Below, one piece after another: positions 47,720 to 57,542 of a DNA stretch of 64,000 bases. The stretch's first letter is position 1; each line of letters starts with the position of its first letter. Source of the DNA: Bradymonadia bacterium. GTDB lineage: Bacteria > Myxococcota_A > Bradymonadia > UBA7976 > UBA1532. Below the pieces are notes generated by a model. The model had not been told where the DNA came from, searched no databases, and saw only the letters and a program-made list of their open reading frames with translations. Location: assembly GCA_046290225.1 (NCBI GenBank), contig JBKAGE010000034.1, forward strand, positions 160,001 to 224,000, read 5' to 3'. Made by a program: the position numbers and the translations under genes.

Positions 47720-48063
47720 CGCATGCTGCGCATGTCAGGCATAAACGCCTGAAATAACAAGCCGTTCGACATGAACGACAGCAAAAGAGCAATGGACAAA
47801 AGCGACAGTCCCAGACCCTGCGGCCTGCGAGGTGAAGCCTCCAGGCCAGTGCAGGGCAACACAGTGAGCGTTCACGCCGTCGCCCATCGCTGACCCCTAC
47901 CGGTCAGCGATGACCGGACTCAGGGCTAATCCCCCCGATATCCACCTGACGGCGTGTTCGATGCAGAGATTGCAAACGGACACCTGCGCAGACCACGTCT
48001 GCGTTCAACGGCTACGACGGCGAGACGCCGCGAAGCAGCTGATTTCAGGAAAGGGGGATCACC
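47720..48063 (+). ncRNA. Candidate structured leader RNA or sRNA, family not recognised
   Basis: Multiple stems: tcaggc/gcctga; ccctgc-ggcctg/caggcc-gcaggg; cacgccgtc/gacggcgtg enclosing catcgctgacc/ggtcagcgatg; cgcagac/gtctgcg; cggcg/cgccg. Confidence 0.45.
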
Positions 48064-48258
48064 ATGATGATGTCCACCGAGTTCAACGGCCGCAGCACCC
48101 ACGACGCCAAGCGCCGGGCCCTCAACTACTGGTACATGAACCGCGACGGCCTCGGGCTGAGCCTGTCTCAGTTCTTCAGCCGCTGCCGGGTGCGCACCGC
48201 CCGTGGTCTCACCACCATCACCTATTACCCGGAAGACCAGGCCCAGTTCCGCCATTGA
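48064..48258 (+). CDS. Small basic hypothetical protein (62-64 aa)
   Basis: Strong RBS GGAAAGGGGG; very high GC at third codon positions; STEFNGRSTHDAKRRALNYWYMNRDGLGLSLSQFFSRCR. Confidence 0.8.
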   Translation: MMMSTEFNGRSTHDAKRRALNYWYMNRDGLGLSLSQFFSRCRVRTARGLTTITYYPEDQAQFRH

Positions 48259-48399
48259 GCCTCCGGTGATGCCGCGGCCACGCCCGTGGCCGTTCCTCCT
48301 CGATCAATTGCCGCAGAGCTGTTAGCATCCCGGCCCCTTGAGCAGTGGCGACTCGTGCGCGCTGTTTCACGGTGCGCTGACCCCACAGGCGAGATCTAC

Positions 48400-49053
48400 G
48401 TGCCCTTGCGATCCTTCATCGCTGTACCGCGTCCCCTGCCCCTCTGGGCGATGTTGACGATTTGTCTGATGGGGTGGACTCAAGAGGCCACTGCGGTGAC
48501 CTACCTCGACCATGGCGACGCAGTACCGCTCAAGAGCGGACGTCGCGTGCTCGGTGTGCAGGGCGTCTTCGGTGACGAGATCCGCACCGTGGGTGCTGGA
48601 CTGCGTTTCGGCCTCGCAGGGCCCATTGACCTCACCGCCCGGGCAGGGCTCACCGAGATCGCCGACCGTGTGGGCTTCGAGGCCGAGGTGGCCCCCAGGA
48701 TGGCCCTCTTCGGCACCCGCCAGACCGCGGGCATCGCCGACATTGCCCTCGTCGGCTATGGCTCGGTGCTGCGGACCGGCGAAGTGCTCGCCCTCGGCGC
48801 CGACGCCGGGGCCATCGCCTCTCGTCGATTCAAGTTGTCCAGCCGGCTGACGCTCTTCGTCGCTGGCACCCTGGGTCTCGCCACCACGTACACCGACGTC
48901 AATGGCGGCGGGGGTGACACGGACTACGACACGGGCCTGCTCGCAGCAGGGGCCGTGGGCGTCGACGTGGCTCGGGGCATTTCCGTGATTCTAGAAGGCA
49001 GGCGCCGGGACGACTTCGAGCGTCTGGGCCTCGCCGTGACATTCGAGCTCTGA
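48400..49053 (+). CDS. Putative outer-membrane beta-barrel protein
   Basis: Signal peptide, alternating amphipathic strands and terminal GLAVTFEL. Start uncertain. Confidence 0.6.
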   Translation: MPLRSFIAVPRPLPLWAMLTICLMGWTQEATAVTYLDHGDAVPLKSGRRVLGVQGVFGDEIRTVGAGLRFGLAGPIDLTARAGLTEIADRVGFEAEVAPRMALFGTRQTAGIADIALVGYGSVLRTGEVLALGADAGAIASRRFKLSSRLTLFVAGTLGLATTYTDVNGGGGDTDYDTGLLAAGAVGVDVARGISVILEGRRRDDFERLGLAVTFEL

Positions 49054-49067
49054 GGAGACTGACTGAT

Positions 49068-49769
49068 ATGCAATTGGGTCGAAACGATCCGTGCTGGTGT
49101 GGCAGCGGCAAGAAGTACAAGGTGTGTCACCTGCGCAGCGACGAAGAGCGCATGCGGGCCGAGCGCAACCTCAAGACCGTCTCCGACTGGGTGACCTATC
49201 ACCGTGAGGCCATGGAAAAGGACGCTCTGGGCTTGTCCCCGGAGCCCGACGCCTTCGCCGCCCTATCCGAGCTCGAGCTTGGCGACGATCCCCTAGCCCA
49301 CGACGACGCTCGCCAGTGGGCCCTCTATGATCAGTACGGCACCGGCGCCGCCCTCTTGGGCCGCCTGCCCACCGAGCCCAAGGATCCCATCAGCGCCCGT
49401 CGGAGCCAGCTGCGCACCCTGCTGCTGAGCACCTTCCCCAGCCTGCACGAGGTCATCGAGTGCAAGCGCGGCCGGGGCCTGCGGTTCCGGGATCGGCTCA
49501 CGGGCCTGGAGCGTTTCGTACGCGATGAGGCCCTCTCCGAGCAGCTCGATCCCATGGAGGTCATCTATGGCCGCATCATCGTCTTCGAGAAGACCGGCAT
49601 GATCCTGCCGAACTGGCGCAAGGTGCCCTTCCGCAAGCGCAAGGCCATGATCGCCGGGCTGCTCGAGCAGATGCAGAAGGCTGATCTGCCCCAGGATGCC
49701 GCCACCCGTGCTCGATGGCTCAAAGCCAACCCCACGGCCCTCCTCGGCGCTCTGGCTGCAGCCCAATGA
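49068..49769 (+). CDS. SEC-C motif protein
   Basis: N-terminal GRNDPCWCGSGKKYKVCH; GAGGAG RBS. Confidence 0.88.
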   Translation: MQLGRNDPCWCGSGKKYKVCHLRSDEERMRAERNLKTVSDWVTYHREAMEKDALGLSPEPDAFAALSELELGDDPLAHDDARQWALYDQYGTGAALLGRLPTEPKDPISARRSQLRTLLLSTFPSLHEVIECKRGRGLRFRDRLTGLERFVRDEALSEQLDPMEVIYGRIIVFEKTGMILPNWRKVPFRKRKAMIAGLLEQMQKADLPQDAATRARWLKANPTALLGALAAAQ

Positions 49770-51376
49770 GCACCGACGACGGGCAGAGCAAAGATCTGTC
49801 GCCAGAGGCTCTGGCCCAGTGGCAGGCGGAGATCGGCGGCCTCACCACCGGTGGTCGGCTGCTCGACGCGTTGATCAGCCCCAAGGACGCCGAACGCCGA
49901 ATCCAGAGCCTGCCCACGGAAGATCTGCACCGGGCCGTCAAGGTCATCGGCCTGGCCGACGCGGGGCCGATCCTGGCCCTCGCCAGCGGACAGCAGGTGC
50001 AGGGCATGCTCGACGGCGAGATCTGGGTCAAAGACGCCTTGTCCCTCGAGCGGATGGATCCCTGGCTCGGGGCCCTCATGCACGCGGGCCCCGAGGCCCT
50101 CACGCGTCACCTGCTCGCTCAGGACGATCCGATCATCAACTGGGTGGTGCGTCGATCGGTCCGGGTCATCGCCATCGAAGATCCCGACAGCTTCGATCCC
50201 CCCGACACCGAGCACGTGGTCACCCCTGACAATCGCATGTGCGTGGTGTTCCCCGATCCCGATCCTCGGGATCTGCCCATGAAGGTGTTCCTCGATGTGC
50301 TCATGCGCACCGAGCCGGAGTACTGCTACAACCTGCTGGTCTTCTCCTCTGCGGCCCTCGATTCGGTGCTGCAAGAAGAGGCTTACCGGTGGCGCAGCGG
50401 TCGCATGGCCGATCGGGGCTATGTCGACTACTACGACGCTTTGCGGGTGTACACCGCCCCCCGGCCCGACGAGCTCACCGCCGCTCAGCAGGCCCTGCCC
50501 AAGGTCGACGGCCCGGTGGGGTATTGGATGCGCCCGGTGGTGGCTCCGGACGAGCGCCTCGCTCAGGCCATCGCCACCCTCGACCAGGGGCAACAGGACC
50601 TCTTTCACCAGGGCCTCGCCTATGTGCTGAACATGGCGCTCTCTGCTGATCGCATCGAGGCATGGGATACCGAAGCAGCGGAGCCGGTCTTCCAGCGGGT
50701 CCGTGCCGGCCTCGCCCTCGGCCTCGACGCTCTCTCTGCCGGTGACGTCGACGCCCGGGCCGATGGCATTCGCCTCGCCGAGCACACGCCTTCGTTCATC
50801 TTCCGCACAGGCTATGGGCGGATGCAGGCCGCCGCCCGCCCGCTCACACGGATCGTGAGCACAGGCAAGCTCAGGGCTGAGGGCGGACCCGCAGATCGGG
50901 TGGACATCGAGCCCATGCGCACGTGGGCCCTGGCCCTCGGCGACCGGCACCCTCAGAAGCCCGACGGGCGGCCGCTGAGCTCTTCCACAGATCTGAGCGA
51001 AGCCCACCAGATGGCTCGGAACATCGCCGCGCTGTCCACTGCGGTCTTCTCTGGCGATCTCGCCAAAACCGTCGAGACACAGCCGGGCATCGGCGCCCTG
51101 GCCTTCACGGAGATCACAGCCCGGGTGTTGGGCCTCGATCCCACACAGCCACTCCCTGCAAGTGCCCTTGAGAAAGCCCATCGGGCCATGTTCTCCGAGG
51201 GCGCCCTCACCGAGGCCGCCCGCGCCGCAGCCATCACCTGGTGGCACGATCGGGCTCCTGAGGGGCCCATTGTGGCGCTGGACATGATGCTGCAAGCGGC
51301 GACCGAGGCTCTGGCCCAGGTTGACGTCGATGCACTCGAAGCCCGGTTCGTGCATCTCTGGATCATCAGCGCATAG
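49766..51376 (+). CDS. DUF6178-like conserved protein
   Basis: ATGA overlap with the SEC-C gene; QVQGMLDGEIW and EEAYRWRSGRMADRG resemble this deltaproteobacterial family (recognised from memory). Confidence 0.62.
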   Translation: MSTDDGQSKDLSPEALAQWQAEIGGLTTGGRLLDALISPKDAERRIQSLPTEDLHRAVKVIGLADAGPILALASGQQVQGMLDGEIWVKDALSLERMDPWLGALMHAGPEALTRHLLAQDDPIINWVVRRSVRVIAIEDPDSFDPPDTEHVVTPDNRMCVVFPDPDPRDLPMKVFLDVLMRTEPEYCYNLLVFSSAALDSVLQEEAYRWRSGRMADRGYVDYYDALRVYTAPRPDELTAAQQALPKVDGPVGYWMRPVVAPDERLAQAIATLDQGQQDLFHQGLAYVLNMALSADRIEAWDTEAAEPVFQRVRAGLALGLDALSAGDVDARADGIRLAEHTPSFIFRTGYGRMQAAARPLTRIVSTGKLRAEGGPADRVDIEPMRTWALALGDRHPQKPDGRPLSSSTDLSEAHQMARNIAALSTAVFSGDLAKTVETQPGIGALAFTEITARVLGLDPTQPLPASALEKAHRAMFSEGALTEAARAAAITWWHDRAPEGPIVALDMMLQAATEALAQVDVDALEARFVHLWIISA

Positions 51377-51392
51377 AGCCCGGAGACCCCCC

Positions 51393-51851
51393 ATGGACGC
51401 CGAAGCCCTCGATCTGCTCCGTCGCAGCCTCGCCCTCACCCTCGACACCGAGGGCCGCTGGCTGCACGAGGGCGCCCACTTCGACAACCAGCGCATCGCC
51501 GATCTGTTCAGCAGGGGCATCGACCTGCACCCCGAGACCCAGGAGGCGGTGGTCCACATCGGCAACCAGTGGGCCTACTTCACCCCCGTCGATGAGCCGT
51601 ACATCGCTCTCCGGCTGATCTTCGGCGATGGCACCCTCGAGGCCGAGCTGAACACGTTCAGCACCGTCCCGCTCGGGACCGACAGCTTGCTCTGCTCTGA
51701 AGAAGGGGTGATTTACGCGCGCCTGGACGAGCGGCGGGTGGCGCGGTTGTCACGGCGGGCCCACGCTCAGCTCACCGACGTCGTCGAGGAGACCGAGGCG
51801 GGCCCTGTGGTGCAGGTCGGCGACCAGGTGTGGCCGATCAACGAGCGCTGA
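51393..51851 (+). CDS. DUF1285-like protein
   Basis: LDTEGRWLHEG...IADLFSR...PVDEPY...ARLSRRA. Confidence 0.65.
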   Translation: MDAEALDLLRRSLALTLDTEGRWLHEGAHFDNQRIADLFSRGIDLHPETQEAVVHIGNQWAYFTPVDEPYIALRLIFGDGTLEAELNTFSTVPLGTDSLLCSEEGVIYARLDERRVARLSRRAHAQLTDVVEETEAGPVVQVGDQVWPINER

Positions 51852-52479
51852 ACTTTATCTGCTTCGAGAAGGCCGAACTCTGCCCGGACTTGATGTCGAG
51901 GCTGCCATGCAGTCGCTCGATGGCCAGGGTGTCGCCGGTGCCTTCCTTCCCCTTGCCCACCACCACCTTCATGGCCGAGGCGTTGGCAATGCTGGGCGCA
52001 TCGGGGAGCGGCATGAAGGTCATCTCCAGCACATTGTCCCCCGTGACCACCTGACCCGTGAGCTCGATGACGTGTTGCGCCTGCTTGCCGCTGAAGTCAC
52101 TCACGGTCTCACCATTGAGGGTGGTCTTCACTCGGTAGTGGCCCGTGAGCGGTACGTCGACCACCATCCAGTGGCGCCCGCTGGCCTTAAGGGCGGTCTG
52201 AGCCGCTGAAGCATTCGCCTCCCCAGCGTTTTCCAGCACCTGCACCTGAAACCCGGGCGCGGTGATGTGCACGTTACCTTCGGAGTCGAAGTGCACCTCG
52301 ACGTTCTTGAAGTTGCGATCAGTGAGGGCGCCCCCCACCTTGACCTTGTTGAGGTAGATCTCCTGCCCGAGGGCCACACCCGAGATCAATGTCGCCGCCA
52401 ATACGAGCCCTGCGAGTGGCCACAGCCTCAGCGGAGTGGCTTGGGATGTGCTCAGTGAAGTTCGACCGATGATTGACAC
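51838..52479 (-). CDS. Secreted hypothetical protein
   Basis: Signal peptide; beta-rich sequence; GGAGG RBS before GTG. Confidence 0.7.
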   Translation of the reverse strand: MSIIGRTSLSTSQATPLRLWPLAGLVLAATLISGVALGQEIYLNKVKVGGALTDRNFKNVEVHFDSEGNVHITAPGFQVQVLENAGEANASAAQTALKASGRHWMVVDVPLTGHYRVKTTLNGETVSDFSGKQAQHVIELTGQVVTGDNVLEMTFMPLPDAPSIANASAMKVVVGKGKEGTGDTLAIERLHGSLDIKSGQSSAFSKQIKFSAR

Positions 52480-52558
52480 CTGCGCCTCCTGAGATTTAGG
52501 TGGTCATAACTGTCTGTAGGTTATCCCACCTTAACATACCTTCTAGGAGGAGGCCCCA

Positions 52559-53422
52559 TTGACCCAGGGACGCATCACCGAGCGTGGCTTCGTGGACTCC
52601 GCCGACGGCACCCGGCTCTTCTACGAGCGTGACCTGCACCCCGAGCCCAAGGCCGTGGTGTTCATCGTGCACGGGTTCCTCGAGCACTGTGGCCGCTACG
52701 CCGAGGTCGCTGACCGTTTGGTGAAGCTGGGTCTGAGCGTGGTCCGGTTCGACTACCGCGGCCATGGCCAGTCCGGCGGCAAGCGGGGGCACTGCATGTC
52801 CTTCGACGAGTACCTCGCTGATCTCCGGGCGGTGATCGAGGGTATGGCCTCCGATCTCGATCCGACGCTGCCTCGGCTGGTGATCTGCCACAGCTATGGT
52901 GGCCTCATCACGCTGCACGCCCTCGCCCAGGGCCTCGGCGACTTCCAGGCGGCGGTCTTCAGCTCGCCCTTCTTCGGCTTCGCCATCAAGGTGCCCAAGA
53001 TCAAAACCATGGCGGGGAAGATGCTCAGCGGCGTCGTGCCGGGCCTGAGCCTGCCTGCGGGCCTGCCGCCGGAGACGGTGAGCAGCAACCCGGAGATCGT
53101 TTCCCGCTACGGAGAAGATCCTCTGGTGGGCACGCACGCCACCGCCCGCTGGCTCACCGAAACCCTCGCCGCCCACGATCGCACGCACGACCTTGCGGCG
53201 CAGATCAAGGTGCCGGTGCTGATGCAGCAAGGGGGCACCGACAAGGTGGCCTCCGCTGAGGCAACAGAGTCGGTCTTCAAGGCCCTCGGCAACCCCGACG
53301 CCGCCACCTATCAACGCTTCGAGCCCCTCTATCATGAGATCTGGAACGAGGTGCAGCGCGACGAGCCCTTGTCGAAGATGGAGGCCTGGTTGCTCGATCA
53401 CCTGCCCGAGGCGAAGGGCTGA
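52559..53422 (+). CDS. Lysophospholipase / monoacylglycerol lipase-like alpha/beta hydrolase
   Basis: VHGFLEHCGRY, DYRGHGQS, CHSYGG and YHEIWNE; TTG start with AGGAGGAGG RBS. Confidence 0.9.
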   Translation: MTQGRITERGFVDSADGTRLFYERDLHPEPKAVVFIVHGFLEHCGRYAEVADRLVKLGLSVVRFDYRGHGQSGGKRGHCMSFDEYLADLRAVIEGMASDLDPTLPRLVICHSYGGLITLHALAQGLGDFQAAVFSSPFFGFAIKVPKIKTMAGKMLSGVVPGLSLPAGLPPETVSSNPEIVSRYGEDPLVGTHATARWLTETLAAHDRTHDLAAQIKVPVLMQQGGTDKVASAEATESVFKALGNPDAATYQRFEPLYHEIWNEVQRDEPLSKMEAWLLDHLPEAKG

Positions 53423-53425
53423 AGC

Positions 53426-54349
53426 ATGCTGCTGGCCTTCGACGGTGTACGTAAGGCCTTCGGTGGCACCCAGGCCCTCAACGGCGTCTCCGCCCAGGTG
53501 GACGGCAGGGCCATCGGTCTCCTCGGGCCCAACGGCGCTGGCAAGACCACCCTTATGCGCGTCTGCCTCGGGCTCATCGGCGTCGACGCCGGCAGCGTTC
53601 GGGTGCTCGGCGAAGATGTACTTGCTGATCCAGTGTCGATCCGGCGCCGGCTGGGCTTTGCCGCCGAAGGTCCTGAGCGCTTGCCTGGCCTCTCGGGCCT
53701 GGAGTCGGTGGCCCTCGCCGCCGAGTTATGCGGCCTCTCTCGACGCAAGGCCCTACTCCGTGCACACGAGATGCTGGATCTGGTGGGCCTCGACGAGGCC
53801 CGACATCGGCCCGTGGAGTCGTACAGCACGGGCATGCATCAGCGGGTGAAGGTGGCCATGGCTCTGGTACATGATCCCGAGCTGTTGTTGCTCGACGAGC
53901 CCACCAGCGGTCTCGACCCGGAGAGCCGGGACGGCCTGCTCGACCTCGTGGTGCACCTGCGAGATCACGGCGGGCCCGCCATCGTGTTGTCCACCCACCT
54001 GCTCCACGATGTCGAACGCACCTGCGACACCTGCATGATCATGACCGCCGGGCAGGTCCGGTACGCGGGGCCTCTTGAGGAGCTGCAGGGTCGACACCCC
54101 AGCCGCCTCGAAGTCCGCTTCGACGGCCCCCCTGGCTGGACCGATCTGCTGGTGGCTGAGGGGGCCCGAGTGGAAGTTGGCCGCCGGCCTGACGAGATTT
54201 TTCTGCACCTTGGGCCCGCCCTGGCCCTCGACGCGGTCTGGCAGGCGGCAAAGGCTCAGGGCGTGCGCATCTGGCACCTGGCCCATCGCGCCGTGAGCCT
54301 CGAAGAGATCTTCATGCAGGCCATTCACGAGGGGGCTGATCATGCGTGA
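53426..54349 (+). CDS. ABC transporter ATP-binding protein
   Basis: GPNGAGKTT, YSTGM, LLLDEPT and STH. Confidence 0.95.
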   Translation: MLLAFDGVRKAFGGTQALNGVSAQVDGRAIGLLGPNGAGKTTLMRVCLGLIGVDAGSVRVLGEDVLADPVSIRRRLGFAAEGPERLPGLSGLESVALAAELCGLSRRKALLRAHEMLDLVGLDEARHRPVESYSTGMHQRVKVAMALVHDPELLLLDEPTSGLDPESRDGLLDLVVHLRDHGGPAIVLSTHLLHDVERTCDTCMIMTAGQVRYAGPLEELQGRHPSRLEVRFDGPPGWTDLLVAEGARVEVGRRPDEIFLHLGPALALDAVWQAAKAQGVRIWHLAHRAVSLEEIFMQAIHEGADHA

Positions 54350-55253
54350 TCAAATCCACGCCGTGGGCTACCGACCGCTCGAGGGTCGAGACACACGCTT
54401 TGTGCCCTGGCCCATCGCCCGCACAGCCCTCACCCTCGCCTGGCGTCGTCGCGCCACCAAGGGGGCCCTGCTCTTGTGCCTGGTGGTCTTCTTCGGCCAC
54501 GCCCTGTACCTCGTCGGTCGCATGATGGCCATGGAGTACAGCATGAACTTCAACGCCGGCCTCGGCGCTCAGATGATGCTGTACAGCGTGCTCGGTCAGA
54601 CGCAAGAGGTCCTGGCCACCTTCCTGCACACGCAGTTCCTCGCAACGGCCTTGTGCATCGCCGTGGTGGGTGGGGGGCTGGTGGCCGACGACATCAAGGC
54701 AGGGGCTTTCGAACTGTATTTTGCCCGACCCATCCACCGGCGGACCTACGCCGCGGGCAAGCTGCTGGCGGCGGCCACCATTCCGGTGGTCACCATCCTG
54801 GTCCCCTTCTGCGCACTGTGGTTGATCGCCGTGGGCATCAGCCCCGAGGGCCAGCGGGAGTCGCTGTGGTGGTTGATCCTGCCCGGCCTGGGCGGGGGCC
54901 TGCTCGCCACAGCGATGCTGGCGTGCTCGCTGGTGGGCTTGAGCGCCCTCGGAGAGCGCGGGCGTACTGTGGGCGTGGTCTTTGTGGTGGCGCTCTTCGC
55001 CCTCTCGGGGCTCGCCGAGGGCCTCACCGATGCAGGCTTCGAGTGGGCGGGCTATTTGTCCCCCCAACGCAACGTGAGCACCATCGCCAAGTCTCTGCTC
55101 GACGTAAGCTTCACGAGCAGCATCACCGACATGCTTCAGCCCCACAACGTCGGGGTGAACCCCTCAGCATTGCCGTCGGCGCTGTCGCTCCTCGCCTTCA
55201 TCCTCGCCGGCCTCGGCGCCCTCGCAGCGCGTCTGCGAAAGGTGGCTGCATGA
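54342..55253 (+). CDS. ABC-2 type permease
   Basis: About 6 TM segments; ADDIKAGAFELYFARPI...YAAGK. Confidence 0.85.
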   Translation: MRDQIHAVGYRPLEGRDTRFVPWPIARTALTLAWRRRATKGALLLCLVVFFGHALYLVGRMMAMEYSMNFNAGLGAQMMLYSVLGQTQEVLATFLHTQFLATALCIAVVGGGLVADDIKAGAFELYFARPIHRRTYAAGKLLAAATIPVVTILVPFCALWLIAVGISPEGQRESLWWLILPGLGGGLLATAMLACSLVGLSALGERGRTVGVVFVVALFALSGLAEGLTDAGFEWAGYLSPQRNVSTIAKSLLDVSFTSSITDMLQPHNVGVNPSALPSALSLLAFILAGLGALAARLRKVAA

Positions 55254-55260
55254 AGGGGTC

Positions 55261-55297
55261 TGTCATGAGAGGCATGTCATGAGAGGCATGTTATGAG
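55261..55297 (+). repeat. 14-bp tandem repeat spanning the RBS/start of the second ABC ATPase
   Basis: tgtcatgagaggca twice (exact), then tgttatgag containing the ATG at 55293. Confidence 0.9.
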
Positions 55298-56216
55298 CGC
55301 GCCCTTCATCGAGGTGAGCGGGGTCAGCAAGCTCTTTGGCCACATCAGGGCCCTCAACGAGGTGAGCTTTACGCTGGGTGCAGGCACCTTCGGCCTGTTG
55401 GGACCCAACGGATCGGGCAAGAGCACCCTCATGAAGCTCGTGTGCGGGCAGCTGAACCCGGACACGGGCGCGGTGAAGGTGCTGGGCCTCGACCCCTTCG
55501 AGCGACCCGAGATCTTCCGAGCCCTGGGCTTATGTCCCGAGCAGGATCGCTTTTACGAGGACATGACTGGGGTGCAGTTCGTCACGGCGCTCTGTCGCCT
55601 GCAAGGTGTCGGCGCCCGAGACGCCCGTAAGATGGCCGAGCGCGCCCTGGAGCGGGTGGGCATGTCCGCCCACGGGAAAAAGCAGCTCAGGGCCATGAGT
55701 CGCGGCATGCGACAGCGCATCAAGATCGCTCAGGCCGTGGCCCACGATCCGCAAGTGGTGCTCCTCGACGAGCCCCTGACCGGTGCTGATCCCGTGGCCC
55801 GAGCTGATCTCATCAAGCTGGTGCAGAGCCTCGGCGCCGAGGGCCGTTGCGTGCTGGTGTCGAGCCACGTGCTCCACGAGGTGGAAGCGATGACGCATCA
55901 GGTACTGCTCCTGCGAGAAGGCCGACTGCGTGCCCAGGGCGATATTTTCAAGCTGCGGCGCCTGCTCACAGATCGGCCCTATCGCATTCAGGTCGAAGTG
56001 GCTGATCCGCGCCGTCTGGCTGCAAGGCTGCTCAACGCAGATATTTTCACTTCGGTCACCCTGCTCGGCGATGACGCCATGGAGCTGACGACGGTGGACC
56101 TCGATGCAGCAGTGAGCGCCTTGCCCGAAGCCGCAGCGGCCCTGGGTGTCACCGTGAAACGACTCAGCTCTCCCGATGCAGATCTCGAGAGCGTGTATCG
56201 GTATTTGATCAGATGA
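55293..56216 (+). CDS. ABC transporter ATP-binding protein
   Basis: GPNGSGKST, MSRGMRQR, LLDEPL and SSH. Confidence 0.95.
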   Translation: MSAPFIEVSGVSKLFGHIRALNEVSFTLGAGTFGLLGPNGSGKSTLMKLVCGQLNPDTGAVKVLGLDPFERPEIFRALGLCPEQDRFYEDMTGVQFVTALCRLQGVGARDARKMAERALERVGMSAHGKKQLRAMSRGMRQRIKIAQAVAHDPQVVLLDEPLTGADPVARADLIKLVQSLGAEGRCVLVSSHVLHEVEAMTHQVLLLREGRLRAQGDIFKLRRLLTDRPYRIQVEVADPRRLAARLLNADIFTSVTLLGDDAMELTTVDLDAAVSALPEAAAALGVTVKRLSSPDADLESVYRYLIR

Positions 56217-56959
56217 GCCACCCACGCACACCCACGCCGCTGTCCTTTGCCCAACAGCTGTCCGCAGCGACCTTCTGGGCCACGCTGCACCTCAAGCGTC
56301 AGCTGAGTCACCGTCGCTTCTGGCTCTGGGCCTGGGGCCTCGGGGCGCTGCTCCTGACCCTCAAGGGCGCGACGCAGATCCCCCTCCCCGCCCTGGCGGC
56401 GCTGGCGCTGTTCTTGTTGATGCCCATGATTTGTCTGTTCTTCGGCGCCGGGGTGATCCGCGCCGACATCGACGACTCGACGCTCACGTATCCGTTCACT
56501 CGGCCGCTGGGGCGTCGCTGGATCTTCGGTGCCCGCTTTGCCGGGGCGCTGATTCTGGTCTGGCTCCTCGTGGTGCCCATGGGCATCATCTGCGCCCTGG
56601 ACGACCCGAGTTATATGGCGCCCTTCATCGCCACCACATTGCTCGGAGGGCTGGCCTACACGTCGCTCTTTGCGTTGTTGGGCGTGTGGGTGAAGTGGTC
56701 CACCTGGATCGGCCTGGGCTGGATTCTCTTGTGGGAGCAGGGGGTCAGCCTCGTGCCGGGCTTCCTCGGTCGCCTGGCCCTCGTGACGCACCTCAGGGCA
56801 GTGGCGCATCAGCCCGTGGCGGGGAACAGTCCCCTCGCCGCCCTCTGGGAGCCGCCCTCGATGACCCTGGCGTGGTCAGTGCTGCTGCTCGTACCGCTGG
56901 TGGCGATCTGGTTGTCGACGCGTCGGGTGCACCGAAAGGCCTTCGTCATTGCCCGTTGA
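56213..56959 (+). CDS. ABC-2 type permease
   Basis: About 6 TM segments; DIDDSTLTYPFTRPL; ATGA overlap with the upstream ATPase. Confidence 0.85.
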   Translation: MSHPRTPTPLSFAQQLSAATFWATLHLKRQLSHRRFWLWAWGLGALLLTLKGATQIPLPALAALALFLLMPMICLFFGAGVIRADIDDSTLTYPFTRPLGRRWIFGARFAGALILVWLLVVPMGIICALDDPSYMAPFIATTLLGGLAYTSLFALLGVWVKWSTWIGLGWILLWEQGVSLVPGFLGRLALVTHLRAVAHQPVAGNSPLAALWEPPSMTLAWSVLLLVPLVAIWLSTRRVHRKAFVIAR

Positions 56960-57542
56960 TCAGTTGAGGGCCTGACGGGCGGCGGGGAGGCAGGGGCAGA
57001 TCACATGACAGTGGCTCGCCCACCTGCTCAGGGGGCAGCTCCGGCAACACACCTGCGCTCAGCTGGAAGTCTTCCTCGGCGGTGATGGGTGTCAGGTATT
57101 CCCCGAGGATGTCGCCTCGGTAGCACAGCCTGAAGAAGAAGACGTAGTCCTCGCCTGCGGTGAGGGCGCCGAGGGGAAACGTCATGGCCCGCGTCCGGCG
57201 ACCCGTGACGAAGATCTTGTCCTTCTCGGGCTCAGGCTCGCGCATCTGCTCGAAGGTAAAATCGACGACCGCATACCCGTCACGATCGACGACGCCATAC
57301 CGCCACTCCACAGGGGCGATGCCCTCTTCGTCTTCGAGGCCGAGGCCATAGCGATACTGGAAGTCGAGGCGCACCTCATCTGCGTTCACCGACCACTCAG
57401 TGTAGACCAGCTGATGAATCACTTCGCGAAAGTCAGGCCCCAACTCATCGTCGACGAATGCCCCGAGCAGCTCTTCGCTGCTACACCCGGCGAGCAGGGT
57501 GATCGTGAGTGTGATCCACAGGCGGGCAATACGACGCGTCAT
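56946..57542 (-). CDS. Hypothetical lipoprotein
   Basis: MTRRIARLWITLTITLLAGC lipobox; GAGGGGAG RBS. Confidence 0.75.
   Translation of the reverse strand: MTRRIARLWITLTITLLAGCSSEELLGAFVDDELGPDFREVIHQLVYTEWSVNADEVRLDFQYRYGLGLEDEEGIAPVEWRYGVVDRDGYAVVDFTFEQMREPEPEKDKIFVTGRRTRAMTFPLGALTAGEDYVFFFRLCYRGDILGEYLTPITAEEDFQLSAGVLPELPPEQVGEPLSCDLPLPPRRPSGPQLINGQ

Noticed and set aside
47771..47893. 40-aa leader peptide (MNDSKRAMDK...)
   Set aside because: No RBS, no informative amino-acid run and non-genic codon pattern; it cannot be excluded without Ribo-seq.
47720..48063. tmRNA, RNase P, SRP or 6S RNA identity for the structured leader
   Set aside because: I could not find their hallmark sequences (tRNA-like ends and tag ORF, GAGGAAAGUCC, SRP loop) or the usual gene context.
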